The translations under genes and the position numbers were made by a program. Of a stretch of DNA of 64,000 bases, positions 45,800 through 55,796 are shown one piece after another (the first letter of the stretch is position 1; each line of letters begins with the position of its first letter). The notes under the pieces were generated by a model. The model saw nothing but the letters and a program-made list of their open reading frames with translations. It did no database searches and was not told the origin of the DNA. The stretch comes from Acidobacteriota bacterium (GTDB taxonomy: Bacteria; Acidobacteriota; Blastocatellia; Pyrinomonadales; Pyrinomonadaceae). The stretch spans positions 48,405 to 112,404 of the forward strand of contig JAKOVX010000060.1 in NCBI GenBank assembly GCA_029781855.1, in the 5' to 3' direction.

Positions 45800-47734
45800 T
45801 CATTCCGACTGAAATCCAACTCGGCGGAGTAGATCCTGATATCGCGGATCCGAGCGTAATGAGTCAAATTCGGGCGAGACCTTTAGCCAGACCATTCCGG
45901 AATAACGTGCATTTAGGGCTGCTTCCAGTATCTCAAACGCCTTGTCGTTCTCGCCAAGCTTTGATAGTGCTTGCGCCCTGATATTGAATGGGACCGCCGG
46001 CTCTTTGCCGAAGTCGGCTAACGCTCGCCAATAGCCGGCCTCACCCGAAGATCTGAGCCCTTCCCTAAGACGATCGACCATTTGTCTGTTTAGGGCATTT
46101 ATCCGGACGTCACGCGAACCGATCCGAATATCAACGGCGTTGTGCTTTTCCCATTGATCGATGGCGTCAGGATACATTCCCTTTGCCTTATATACAGCGT
46201 CGAGAAAGTCATATGTGTGAAGGAAGTCGGGATCCAATTTATTAGCAATATTCAGAAGTTCGAGAGCCTTATCGTAATCGCGTGCGTAATAGTACGTAAA
46301 TGCCTTATCGGCGCGAATAGCGGGAGACAACGGGTCCAGCGAGATCGCCCGGTCGTATTCGCTGATGCTCTCATCAAAGCGTCCCTGCATCGCAAGGAGT
46401 TCGGCTAACCAGTGATGGGCCGTGGCATCGTTCGGGTTTAGTTCGACCGCTCGGCGGTAGTCGCTTTCGGCCCCTTTCAGGTCCCAGTTGTAGTAGCATT
46501 TGCTGATACCGATAGCTGCGTATGCTTCCCCGAGACTGTCATCGATCTCAAGGGCTCTTTGGATGGCTCCGCGCGACATCGATATCCGTTCACTATCGCT
46601 GATGCCAAGATCTGACGATGCGGCAAGAGAATAGGCCTTTGCCAACCCAACGTATGCCCCGGCAAATGTCGGGTCTTTATCGATCGCTTGCTTGAAGTAT
46701 CCGATGGACTTGAGAAACTCAGAGTTGGACCGTTTGCTCCAGGAATAACGGGCCTTCAGATATAATTCGTATGCTTCGGGGCTATTGGTGGGTCTTTTTG
46801 CGAACGGACCCTGGTCTGGCCCGCCCGCTCTTGGGGTTATTTTACTGGCAATAGCCTCGGATATCTCCTGTTGAACCGTTACCAGGTCGTCGGCACGCCG
46901 TTTGAACTGCTGACGCCAAACCGGCGAATTACTGCCCACGTCAAACATTTCGGCATTTATGACCACAAAGTCGCCGTCAACGTCGATCTGTCCGCTAACG
47001 ACGGCCCGGACATTCAAACGGCGGCCCGCCTCGACGAGGTTTGCCGACTTGTTCTTATACTGAAAAGCCGAGTTGTGGTCGATAACGCGAAGCTGAGATA
47101 GCCGCGAAAGATCGATGATTATTCCGTCGGTAAGCCCGTCGGCGAGATATTCATTTTCGGTCGCATTTATTGCGAAAGGCAGTACAGCGATCGAATCGAT
47201 CTTTGATACCGCGTTTGAAGTTGCGGAAGGTGAACTGGACAGCCATTGCCTCCTAGCCGCTAAACCGGCGATCGTTAGGGCCACCACGACGAAAGCCGCC
47301 ACGATCGCTGCGGAAAGCCGCCGGTTGGGAAAAGCAGTTCGAGATCCTGTGGCCCTCGCGGGCGGTATCTCCGACCGGTCCGGCTGGCTGGCCGACTCGA
47401 CGGGCGCAATAAAGCGGTAACCTCTCCTCGGAAGGTTTTCGATAAACCGTGCGTTTTTGGGGTCGTCGTTCAAGACACGTCTGAGAGCCGTGATCGTGAC
47501 CGTCAGATTGTTGTCTTCAACAAAGCTGCCGCCCCAGACCCGTTCGAAAAATTCGTGTTTGGGGACGATGTCTCCGCGTCGTTCGATCAGAAGGCACAAT
47601 ACCTGAAACATCTTTCGGTTGATATTCAGTCGTTCGCCATCACGCCGAAGCGTCTCTTCACCCAGGTCGACCTCGAATTCGCCGAAACGGTAAGATCGTG
47701 GGGTCAATGGATATTGAGCTCGTTGGGACACCAT
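45800..47734 (-). CDS. Membrane-anchored CadC/OmpR-type winged-helix regulator with TPR repeats
   Basis: YRFGEFEVDL...LTVTITALRRVL...RRGYRFI DNA-binding domain, one TM segment, then multiple TPR-like repeats. Start trimmed to MVSQRAQ. Confidence 0.8.
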   Translation of the reverse strand: MVSQRAQYPLTPRSYRFGEFEVDLGEETLRRDGERLNINRKMFQVLCLLIERRGDIVPKHEFFERVWGGSFVEDNNLTVTITALRRVLNDDPKNARFIENLPRRGYRFIAPVESASQPDRSEIPPARATGSRTAFPNRRLSAAIVAAFVVVALTIAGLAARRQWLSSSPSATSNAVSKIDSIAVLPFAINATENEYLADGLTDGIIIDLSRLSQLRVIDHNSAFQYKNKSANLVEAGRRLNVRAVVSGQIDVDGDFVVINAEMFDVGSNSPVWRQQFKRRADDLVTVQQEISEAIASKITPRAGGPDQGPFAKRPTNSPEAYELYLKARYSWSKRSNSEFLKSIGYFKQAIDKDPTFAGAYVGLAKAYSLAASSDLGISDSERISMSRGAIQRALEIDDSLGEAYAAIGISKCYYNWDLKGAESDYRRAVELNPNDATAHHWLAELLAMQGRFDESISEYDRAISLDPLSPAIRADKAFTYYYARDYDKALELLNIANKLDPDFLHTYDFLDAVYKAKGMYPDAIDQWEKHNAVDIRIGSRDVRINALNRQMVDRLREGLRSSGEAGYWRALADFGKEPAVPFNIRAQALSKLGENDKAFEILEAALNARYSGMVWLKVSPEFDSLRSDPRYQDLLRRVGFQSE

Positions 47735-47882
47735 TTGGCTAGATAGTTTACATCTCGCACCAAAATTTAGCCACAATTTAGCAGCTTTTTTAATTACTTT
47801 TTGACAAGAGAAACTTATTCTCTCCGGATACCAATACCAATATTTGGCTGGTCAGATAACCGTCAACTGGAGAGGATAGAAA

Positions 47883-50800
47883 ATGAAAGATATCTTGGGT
47901 TTGTGCCGCATGCGGCGCCGTTCCGTTCATGCGTACCTTTTGTTGGTCGTGATTTGCGTGCTCGCTTTCCTGAACTCGACCGCAGACGCTCAATTGACGC
48001 TCAACACGTCATTTAATGCGGGCGTGACTGACGGTAATTCGATCGCTGTGGTCACGGCTGTTCAAACTGACGGCAAGATTCTTGTCGGCGGAAATTTTGC
48101 GTTTGCGAATGGAACTGAGAAATTCGGCTTGGTACGGCTCAATTCCGACGGCTCGCTCGATAACACTTTCAATGTCGGCGGCCTTGGACCGAACGGCATC
48201 GTTTATGAGATCAAGGTGCTTGGCGACGGCAAGATCATCATCGGCGGCGGATTCGGCACTTATAACGGGACCACCATACAGGGGCTGGCACGCCTGAATT
48301 CGAATGGAACGCTTGATACGACGTTCAACGTCGGCGGAGTCGGTGTTCAGGGCGGCGTGCAGGGAATATCGATCCAGGCAGACGGCAAATATATATTGAC
48401 CGGCGGATTATCAGCGTACAACGGCACGGCAAAATTTTCGGTGATCAGAGTCAACACGGACGGCACGCTCGACACCACATTTACTTCGCCATTTACGAAC
48501 CAGGTGTTTGTTGAGCAATCCGGCCTGCAGTCAGACGGTAAGATCATTATCGGCGGTCAATTTGCGACGGGTGCGTACAACAATTTGGCCCGGCTCACCA
48601 CGACCGGCGCACTTGACACTACTTTTAACGCAGGTAGTGCGGGTTCCAACGGTCCGATATTTCAAACACAAGTTCTCGCTGACAACAAGATCCTATTGGG
48701 CGGCCCTTACAACATGATAAACGGAACGGCTCGGCCCGGTTTGGCACGCCTTAACGCAGACGGGACGGTCGACGCGACCTTCACGCCATTGCCAACTGAT
48801 TTCTACAGTCCGGAATATGTGGCGGTAAAGCCAAACGGTCAATATGTATACGCCGGGGACTTTTCCAACAATGCCGGGAATTATCCGATAGCGCTGATCA
48901 ACCCGGATGGTTCACTCGACGGTACGTTTGGCAGGCCGGAAGCCGACAACATCGGTTATCAAGTGACACTCCAGACTGACGGGAAGATCCTGCTGGCCGG
49001 GTATTTTAACAACGTCGAGGTATTGGGCGGGCTGACGCACCGCAATCTGGTCAGGCTAAACGCAAACGGATCGGTCGATAGTACATTCGTCAGTCCGTTC
49101 AGCTCATTTGGCGGTATCGGCCCCGGAGCAATGCTGCAGCAGCCGGACGGCAAATTTGTCGTTGCGGGCAACTTCAACTCCGCAAACGGCGTGACGCACC
49201 GCAATATTGCACGATTCAATGCCGACGGCACGATAGACGCAACGTTCGACTCCGGATATGGCATCTTTGGGAATGGTAATGTTCGAATAGATGCTCTTGC
49301 TGTGCAAACGGATGGAAAGATCCTGATGGGCGGTACTTTTTCAACATATAACCTGAACGATGCTCGAAGCCTTGTCAGGCTGAATACGAACGGCACCCAG
49401 GACACGACATTCAACCCGATCGGAATTTCCGCCGGAGTCCCAGCCGTAAACGATCTATTGGTATTGCCAGACAACAAAATATTAGTAGGCGGCTCGGGCC
49501 TTGACATCGGCATTCAGGCCCTCGTGCGCCTAAACTCGAACGGAACAGGCGATCCGACATTCGCGGCCGGAAACAGCAATGGCCCCGTGCAGCGGATACT
49601 ACGTCAGTCTGATGGCAAATTGATCGTTTTCGGTAGTTTTACGTCTTATCTGGGCGGTACACGAAACCGGATCGTTCGACTTAACGCGGACGGCACGCTT
49701 GATGGAACATTTAACCCTGGAACCGGCGCAAACAACCAGATCCTCTCCGCCGAGTTTCAGCCGGACGGAAAGATCGTGATCGGAGGGGTTTTTACGAGTT
49801 ACAACGGAACGACCCGAAACCGGATCGCCCGGCTGAACTCCGACGGTTCGCTCGACACGACATTCAACCCGGTCTCCGGAGCAAACCAAACTGTCACGTC
49901 GATCGTCGTGCTGGCGGATGGCAAATTCGTCATTGGCGGCAACTTTTCGACTTACGACGGCACAACCCGCATGAGACTCGCCAAGTTAAATGCGGACGGT
50001 ACGCTCGACACCTCCGCCGACTCGGGTATTGAGAACAATTTCCGATTCGGCACCCGGAGGCTCCTGCGTACGGCGGACGGCCAGGTGCTCCTCGGCGGGA
50101 CGTTCGTGAATTACGGCGGTGTGCCGCGAAATAGTCTGGCAAAGCTCAAAGTTACGCGAAGCTCAGCGGTGTTGGATTTTGACGGCGACGGCAAGACGGA
50201 CCTGTCGATCTTCCGTCCGAACGGGGCGACGGGTTCTGAGTGGTGGTATTTGAAGTCTTCGAACGGCGGGAATTTTGCGACGCAGTTCGGGTCGCCGACG
50301 GATAAGTTGGTGGCGGCGGATTACACGGGTGACGGCAAGGCTGATATTGCGTTCTTCAGGCCGAGCACCGGGTTCTGGTACATCTTGAGGAGCGAAGACT
50401 CTTCGTTCTACGCGTTCCCGTTTGGAGCGAATGGCGACATTCCGGCTCCTGCGGACTTTGACGGTGACGGCAAGGCGGATGCTGCCGTTTTCAGGCCTTC
50501 GACGGCGACCTGGTTCATCCAGAACTCCGGCGGCGGGACGACCATCCAGGCGTTCGGAGCGGCGGGTGATGTTCCGGTGGTGGGTGACTACGACGGCGAC
50601 GGCAAGGCCGACATTGCGATCTTTCGCCCGAACGGCACGACAGGCTCCGAATGGTGGATCCTCAGAAGCACTGCCGGATTGATCGCGACGCAATTCGGGA
50701 CGCCGACCGACAAGACAGTTCCCGGTGACTACACCGGAGACGGCAAGGCCGATGTCGCGATCTGGCGGCCGTCCAACGGGCAATGGTACATCCTCCGGAG

Positions 50801-51008
50801 CGAGGACCTCTCGTTCTACGCGTTCCCATTCGGAGCGAACGGCGACATTCCCGTTCCCGGCGACTACGACGGCGACGGCAAGACCGACGCCGCGGTATTC
50901 CGCCCGTCAAGCTCAACCTGGTTCGCCCAGGGCTCGACCTCCGGCACCATCATCCAGCAATTCGGTGCAGCAGGCGACGTGCCTGTGCCGAGTGAGTTTG
51001 TCAGATAG
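47883..51008 (+). CDS. Large secreted protein: about 13-14 delta-60-type repeats fused to a C-terminal FG-GAP/VCBS repeat module
   Basis: Signal peptide. Repeated RLN.DG.LD.TFN motif about every 55-60 aa. The C-terminal 277 aa consist of DYDGDGKAD..FRP-type repeats. Confidence 0.8.
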   Translation: MKDILGLCRMRRRSVHAYLLLVVICVLAFLNSTADAQLTLNTSFNAGVTDGNSIAVVTAVQTDGKILVGGNFAFANGTEKFGLVRLNSDGSLDNTFNVGGLGPNGIVYEIKVLGDGKIIIGGGFGTYNGTTIQGLARLNSNGTLDTTFNVGGVGVQGGVQGISIQADGKYILTGGLSAYNGTAKFSVIRVNTDGTLDTTFTSPFTNQVFVEQSGLQSDGKIIIGGQFATGAYNNLARLTTTGALDTTFNAGSAGSNGPIFQTQVLADNKILLGGPYNMINGTARPGLARLNADGTVDATFTPLPTDFYSPEYVAVKPNGQYVYAGDFSNNAGNYPIALINPDGSLDGTFGRPEADNIGYQVTLQTDGKILLAGYFNNVEVLGGLTHRNLVRLNANGSVDSTFVSPFSSFGGIGPGAMLQQPDGKFVVAGNFNSANGVTHRNIARFNADGTIDATFDSGYGIFGNGNVRIDALAVQTDGKILMGGTFSTYNLNDARSLVRLNTNGTQDTTFNPIGISAGVPAVNDLLVLPDNKILVGGSGLDIGIQALVRLNSNGTGDPTFAAGNSNGPVQRILRQSDGKLIVFGSFTSYLGGTRNRIVRLNADGTLDGTFNPGTGANNQILSAEFQPDGKIVIGGVFTSYNGTTRNRIARLNSDGSLDTTFNPVSGANQTVTSIVVLADGKFVIGGNFSTYDGTTRMRLAKLNADGTLDTSADSGIENNFRFGTRRLLRTADGQVLLGGTFVNYGGVPRNSLAKLKVTRSSAVLDFDGDGKTDLSIFRPNGATGSEWWYLKSSNGGNFATQFGSPTDKLVAADYTGDGKADIAFFRPSTGFWYILRSEDSSFYAFPFGANGDIPAPADFDGDGKADAAVFRPSTATWFIQNSGGGTTIQAFGAAGDVPVVGDYDGDGKADIAIFRPNGTTGSEWWILRSTAGLIATQFGTPTDKTVPGDYTGDGKADVAIWRPSNGQWYILRSEDLSFYAFPFGANGDIPVPGDYDGDGKTDAAVFRPSSSTWFAQGSTSGTIIQQFGAAGDVPVPSEFVR
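50175..51008 (+). repeat. 834-bp direct repeat, copy 1 (FG-GAP module)
   Basis: Collinear with 61218-62051 without indels. About 9 aa differences in 277, with many synonymous differences. Confidence 0.85.
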
Positions 51009-51048
51009 CAGCAGCCGGTGGCCGGTGGTCAGAAGGAAGACGTAAAAG

Positions 51049-51084
51049 AAAGGCCCGCGGGAGGCGATCCGGCGGTCCTTTTTT
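51049..51084 (+). terminator. Probable intrinsic terminator after the delta-60/FG-GAP gene
   Basis: AAAGGCCCGC ... GCGGTCCTTTTTT imperfect stem followed by a T-run. A heptamer tract ccggtgg ccggtgg tcag precedes it. Confidence 0.45.
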
Positions 51085-51122
51085 ATGTTCGGGCGGCGGC
51101 GCGAGCTTTGATCGGCCCGTGG

Positions 51123-53516
51123 TCAGAATCTGGCGACGATGCCGATGCGGACGCCACGCGGGCGGCCGGAAGAGATGTTGGTGTTGCTGTCGGCGTTGAC
51201 GAAATAGCGGACGTTCGTCAGATTTTCGATGTTCGCCTGCAGGCGCCAATGCTCGCTGAGCGTGTAGAAAATTGCCGCGTCCGCCTCGGTGTAGCCGGGC
51301 AGCACGACCGTATTGTCGAACGCGACAAACGAATCCGAGCGGTAAACGACGCCGAGGCCGGCACTCAGTTTTCCGGTGACAGCGTACTTATTCCAGAGCG
51401 AAAATGTGTTGTGCGGGACCTGTCCGACCTGCCGGCCGGCGGCGGCCGACGCGGTCGCGGACGTGATCCGTGCATTTTGCCATGCGTAGCCGCCGGACAT
51501 CGTCCATTTCGGAGTGATGCTGCCGACGATGCCGAGTTCGAAGCCGTCGGACCGCTGGCTGCCGGTTTGGACGATGCGTGTCGGGTCGTTGGGGTCGGTC
51601 GCCCGCGTGTTCGTCCGGTCGAGGCGATAGACTGCCGCCGTCAGGAACAGGCCGCGGCGGACGTCCCACTTGGCGCCGACCTCGTAATTGGTGAATTTCT
51701 CGGGCTTGACCTGCTGCGTGACCGTGGTCAGCGACGAAAACTGGTCGCCTGAGCCGGGCAGGAACGAGACGCTGTAGCTCGCGTAAAGCGAGACAGCCGT
51801 TACGGGTTTGACGACGACGCCGAATCGCGGGTTTGCGACGCGGTCAATGCGCCGGATCGCTTCGCCGGTGCGGTTATTGAAATAATTGAGGTCGAAATAG
51901 TCAAATCGGACGCCCGCGATGACCTGCAGATACCGCGAGATCGCGATCTGGTCCTGAACGTAAGCCGCCCCGAGGTTGAGCCGAAGTCGATTGTCGGCGT
52001 CGGTCGCGCTCTGGCGGAAGACGACCGGGACGCTGGTCTGCGGCGCGTCGAACGGCACCTGAATGGTCGTCGAGGTATTGTTGAAGTAGCCCGTGTTGCG
52101 GAAGTTTCGCGTCAGTTGGCGGCCAAATTCCGTCCCGAATGCCAATGTGTGCGTGACGCTGCCGGTCGTGAGCGTGTAATTCACATCCGTCTGGTTGAAA
52201 AGGTTGCGGCGGCGGGTCGAGTTGTTGTACGCCGAGAGCGTAACGAGCGTTGCGTCGGCGTTCGCTTCGCGTGGAACGTAGTTCTGGTAGCCGCGGTCAT
52301 AGTCGCCGTAATTGAGCCGATTTCGCAGGATCAACCGCCCGAAAACGCGTTCGAATGAAAGAGAGACAATATTGACGTCGGCGTGCACCTTGCTGTTCGC
52401 GGGATCACCGTAGAACGTCGAGATCGGCACATCAGCCGGACGTCCCCGGAACGAAGTTATGCCGCGGTCGGCCGTGCGGCGGTCGCGGAGGAATTCGTAC
52501 GAGAATGTAAGACGCGTGTTGTCGTCGGGCAAAAATGTGAACGTCGGGTTGATGCCTACCCGCTCGAGGCCGACGAACGAGCGGAAACTGCCGGAATCTT
52601 CGTAAACGCCGTTTACGCGTGCCGCAAAACGACGGCCGAACGGCTGGTCGAGATCGCCGGTGAAGCGGCGGTTGCGATACGATCCGAGCTGTGCGGTGAA
52701 AGAGCGGATGGGCGACATTCCGGCCTCTTTTGTAACGCGATTGATCACGCCGCCTCCGCCGCCGCGGCCAAATGCGAGGGCGTTTGGCCCCTTGACCGCC
52801 TCGACGCTCGATAGATTGTAAAGATCTCGGTAATACTGGACATCGTCGCGGACACCGTCGCGAAAAAAGTCGGCATTCGAGCGGTTGCTGCGAATGATCA
52901 CCTCGTCGCGGTTATTCTCGCCCTGGTGCGACGAGACGCCGGGCACGTAGCGAACGACGTCCGAAATGCTCGCAAGCATCTGGTCGCGGATCTGATCGGC
53001 TTTGATCACCGACACAGATTGCGGGACGTCGCGGAGCTCCGCGAACGTTTTGGTCGCCGACTGGACAGATTCTACGAGGTATTCGCCATCGCCGTTCACC
53101 GTCACCTCGGCCGACGCCGCGGCGGGCTGCAGGACCAGATCAGCGAGATCGCGATCGATGCCGGTGTCGATGCTTTTGCGGAGTTCGCCAAATCCGTTCG
53201 CCGTTACGACGATCTCGTATTTTCCCGGCGGCACATCAAGTGCAAATCGCCCTCCCGCGTCCGTAACCGTGCGAAACCTGGCCGACGGCGAGACCGCCTC
53301 GACCAACGCCCCTGGAATGGCCGCACCCGCGGCGTCGACCACGATCCCCTTGAGATCCGTAAGCGATACCGAACGGCCGAACGCAGCCGACGCAAAGACA
53401 ACCGCCGCGAGCAGCACGACGACCGACCGGGCGGCGAAGGTCCGTACGCCCTTTCCGGCATTGAGGAAGCGGACGACAGTAACGTAGGCATCAAATTTAT
53501 ATAAAGATCTTTTCAT
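51123..53516 (-). CDS. TonB-dependent (siderophore-type) outer-membrane receptor with an N-terminal CarboxypepD_reg domain
   Basis: N-terminal GIVVDAAGAAIPGALV...DAGGRF, plug domain (DVPQSVSVI) and beta-barrel ending in terminal ...GIVARF. Confidence 0.88.
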   Translation of the reverse strand: MKRSLYKFDAYVTVVRFLNAGKGVRTFAARSVVVLLAAVVFASAAFGRSVSLTDLKGIVVDAAGAAIPGALVEAVSPSARFRTVTDAGGRFALDVPPGKYEIVVTANGFGELRKSIDTGIDRDLADLVLQPAAASAEVTVNGDGEYLVESVQSATKTFAELRDVPQSVSVIKADQIRDQMLASISDVVRYVPGVSSHQGENNRDEVIIRSNRSNADFFRDGVRDDVQYYRDLYNLSSVEAVKGPNALAFGRGGGGGVINRVTKEAGMSPIRSFTAQLGSYRNRRFTGDLDQPFGRRFAARVNGVYEDSGSFRSFVGLERVGINPTFTFLPDDNTRLTFSYEFLRDRRTADRGITSFRGRPADVPISTFYGDPANSKVHADVNIVSLSFERVFGRLILRNRLNYGDYDRGYQNYVPREANADATLVTLSAYNNSTRRRNLFNQTDVNYTLTTGSVTHTLAFGTEFGRQLTRNFRNTGYFNNTSTTIQVPFDAPQTSVPVVFRQSATDADNRLRLNLGAAYVQDQIAISRYLQVIAGVRFDYFDLNYFNNRTGEAIRRIDRVANPRFGVVVKPVTAVSLYASYSVSFLPGSGDQFSSLTTVTQQVKPEKFTNYEVGAKWDVRRGLFLTAAVYRLDRTNTRATDPNDPTRIVQTGSQRSDGFELGIVGSITPKWTMSGGYAWQNARITSATASAAAGRQVGQVPHNTFSLWNKYAVTGKLSAGLGVVYRSDSFVAFDNTVVLPGYTEADAAIFYTLSEHWRLQANIENLTNVRYFVNADSNTNISSGRPRGVRIGIVARF

Positions 53517-53619
53517 AATTGTGGTTACCGGTCGCGGACGGCCGCGAAACGTTCGGTCCTACCTTCTAAAAGTTGTCTTTGATCAAATTGCCCGGAAAGC
53601 AGGGCCGTCGATTTCCTTA

Positions 53620-53670
53620 TTGAAAACGACTTTCATTTTCAATTTATTGAACAACGCGTTGATTTGTCAA
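53620..53670 (-). promoter_or_regulatory. Predicted sigma70-type promoter with an abutting Fur-like palindromic operator for the TonB receptor gene
   Basis: On the minus strand: TTGACA (53670-53665), 17-nt spacer, ATAAAT (53647-53642). Directly after comes TTGAAAA-N9-TTTTCAA (53642-53620), with GAAAAT/GAAAGT hexamers resembling Fur-box units. Confidence 0.4.
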
Positions 53671-53697
53671 GCGTTGGGGATGAAAATATGGTCGGTT

Positions 53698-53737
53698 AGC
53701 AGTAAGCCGTAAGCAGTGAGCCGTGAGCGGTAAGCAG
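53698..53737. repeat. Heptamer tandem tract AGCNGTR x5-6
   Basis: Reads agcagta agccgta agcagtg agccgtg agcggta agcag directly from the sequence. Confidence 0.7.
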
Positions 53738-53860
53738 AAAGAAATAAGATAGAGAAATGCTCGCGGGAAGCGATCTGGCGGGCCCTTTTGGTTTGGGCGA
53801 ACCTGCGTAACTGCCGTATTGGCGCCACGACGGCGTCGCCGTGAACATTCACTCCGGGCG

Positions 53861-53886
53861 CAAGAAAACGGGCCCGGAGGCCCGTT
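53861..53886 (-). terminator. Intrinsic terminator after membrane protein gene 53914-54663
   Basis: Minus strand AACGGGCC-tccg-GGCCCGTT followed by TTCTTG. Confidence 0.6.
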
Positions 53887-53913
53887 GAGGTGGATGGGAG
53901 GCTTTGAGACTGT

Positions 53914-54663
53914 TTAGCTGAGGACCCAGTTCGCGAACTGTTCCCAGGCGGCGGTCTTCGAGAGCATTATCCGGATCGGGCCGGAAAGGATCATCAGCGA
54001 CATTCCGGCGGCGAATGCCTTGTTAAGCTTGCCGTTCCGGTACGTGTCGGCGATGACGAGGGCGATGCCGATGAGGCTCGGGACGCCGAAGAAATACCAC
54101 GCGCCGAGTGCCGGAATGAACGGGAACGGCAAACGGGCGATCGACGGGCCGATGAAATTGACGACGGATACGAGCACGAGCCGTTTATGGCTGGCGGCGT
54201 CCTTTCGCAGCAGGATTATCGAGGCGAAAAGGATCGCGAACGTGATCATGTCGCCGATGGGCACGATGAAAAACTCGTGTGCCGTGTAGCCCGGGAACGC
54301 CGCGCCGCGTATCGCAGCGGCGTAGCCGGTCATCGTGCCGACGACGATCATCGCGACCGCGAGAATGATGCTCAGCATACCGAGCTTCATATGGAGCCTG
54401 ATATTTTTGGCCGAGATCAGGTACGCCTGGACGCAGAAAAGCGCGATCCAGCTGGACATCAACAGAGCGTGAACGTGAACGAGCATGCTCGGCAGCGGCG
54501 GAGTGTTAAAGAGGGGCTTGAAGTAGTATGTAGGTGCATATCCGATGACCGTGATCAAAGGAAAAAGAACTGCAACTGTAAGAAAAAAGCGGTGTTCGAA
54601 GGCACTCCGCGCGTGCCGTGCCATGGTAGCGTCAACTCCTGGTGTTGCGAAATTTGTCGCCAT
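53914..54663 (-). CDS. Polytopic membrane protein of unknown function (paralogue 1)
   Basis: About 6-7 TM segments with shared motifs LVHVHALLMSSW and RLHMKLG. GGAGGA RBS before ATG 54663. Paralogous to 54847-55581. Confidence 0.65.
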   Translation of the reverse strand: MATNFATPGVDATMARHARSAFEHRFFLTVAVLFPLITVIGYAPTYYFKPLFNTPPLPSMLVHVHALLMSSWIALFCVQAYLISAKNIRLHMKLGMLSIILAVAMIVVGTMTGYAAAIRGAAFPGYTAHEFFIVPIGDMITFAILFASIILLRKDAASHKRLVLVSVVNFIGPSIARLPFPFIPALGAWYFFGVPSLIGIALVIADTYRNGKLNKAFAAGMSLMILSGPIRIMLSKTAAWEQFANWVLS

Positions 54664-54794
54664 ATCGTCCTCCAAAGTGGTCCCTCGTCCGAGGGTTTTC
54701 GGCGTCCGCCAGATCGTATCCGAGCGGCCCTACGAGAGGTAAGGCGAGAGGAAACGGAAAAAGGTATCAGGCGAAAAAGAAATTTTTTCCGGGC

Positions 54795-54822
54795 AAAGAA
54801 AAACGGGCCCGAGAGCCCGTTC
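54795..54822 (-). terminator. Intrinsic terminator after membrane protein gene 54847-55581
   Basis: Minus strand AACGGGC-tctcgg-GCCCGTT followed by TTTCTTTG. Confidence 0.6.
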
Positions 54823-54846
54823 GTTTTCGAATTTAGAGGACCGATA

Positions 54847-55581
54847 TTATGCCGCCCAGCTCGTGACCCAAGTAGCGAAGCCCATCCACGCATCGGTGCC
54901 GGAGAGCATCAGCCGAAGCGGATAAGACAGTGCCAGTGCGATCGAACCAAAGAGGAGAAAGCGGTTCAGTTTACCGGTCTGCCACGTGTCGTAAGCGATG
55001 ACCGCGATCATGATCACGACAGGAACCCCAAAGAAAAACAGCGGCCCGAACGCTTGTAGTGAAGGCAGCGGCACACGTGCGATCGCCGGCGGCAGGAAGT
55101 TGATCGCCGTCAGCAGCATCAGGCGTTTATGATTAGCCAACTGCTTTCGGTAATAAATGGCCAGGCCAAAGAATGCCGCGAAAAACAGCAAGTCCACGAA
55201 AGGAACAACGAAAAACGCCTGCGACGGTATGTCGGGCGGAGCCGAGGGTGAACCGAATTTCGCCGCATGGGCCGCCGTAAAAAACCCGACGATCAATATC
55301 AGCACTGCGAGTGCGATACCGAGCAGCCCGAGCTTCATATGCACTTTCGCCCGTTTGGTTCGGATCAGGAAAACCTGCGTAATAAATAGACCGACCCACG
55401 CCGACATCAGCAGGCCGTGAATGTGAACGAGCGTCGTCGGGAGGGCCGGCGTACCCGTAAATTGCTTGAAATAATAAGTCCGGCCAAAGCCGATAATGAT
55501 GATCAGCGGAAAAATGATCGCAGCCGCCAAATACAACCTCCGGTCGGCCGTCCGCCAGTCAAAAGGAACTGCACTTGCCAT
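54847..55581 (-). CDS. Polytopic membrane protein of unknown function (paralogue 2)
   Basis: Same architecture and motifs (LVHIHGLLMSAW, KVHMKLG) as the downstream paralogue. GGAGAG RBS. Confidence 0.65.
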   Translation of the reverse strand: MASAVPFDWRTADRRLYLAAAIIFPLIIIIGFGRTYYFKQFTGTPALPTTLVHIHGLLMSAWVGLFITQVFLIRTKRAKVHMKLGLLGIALAVLILIVGFFTAAHAAKFGSPSAPPDIPSQAFFVVPFVDLLFFAAFFGLAIYYRKQLANHKRLMLLTAINFLPPAIARVPLPSLQAFGPLFFFGVPVVIMIAVIAYDTWQTGKLNRFLLFGSIALALSYPLRLMLSGTDAWMGFATWVTSWAA

Positions 55582-55796
55582 AATAATGACTCTCCAACAA
55601 AAGTAATAAGTAAGGCTTTCAGCGGCGGAGTATTACACCAAAAATCGAAAAGTCAAAATCGTCCGAGCCGCTTTTTTCAAAAAACGACGGACGTGTCAGA
55701 AAGTTCGCGATTTTTTTGAGATGGATCGAGTGCCTACGGTGATTAACCGGGCGCAGCTTTACACGTGAGCGGGAGAGACCTAGTTCGGGCCGGAGA

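Noticed and set aside
53517-53913. Possible cobalamin riboswitch upstream of the TonB-dependent receptor
   Set aside because: No B12-box-like GCCACTG core is present. The promoter-plus-palindrome arrangement fits protein-mediated (Fur-like) control better.
54187-55059. 290-aa plus-strand ORF spanning two membrane-protein genes and their intergenic terminator
   Set aside because: It crosses a terminator hairpin and its translation is Arg-rich. The minus-strand paralogues have RBSs, TM periodicity and mutual homology.
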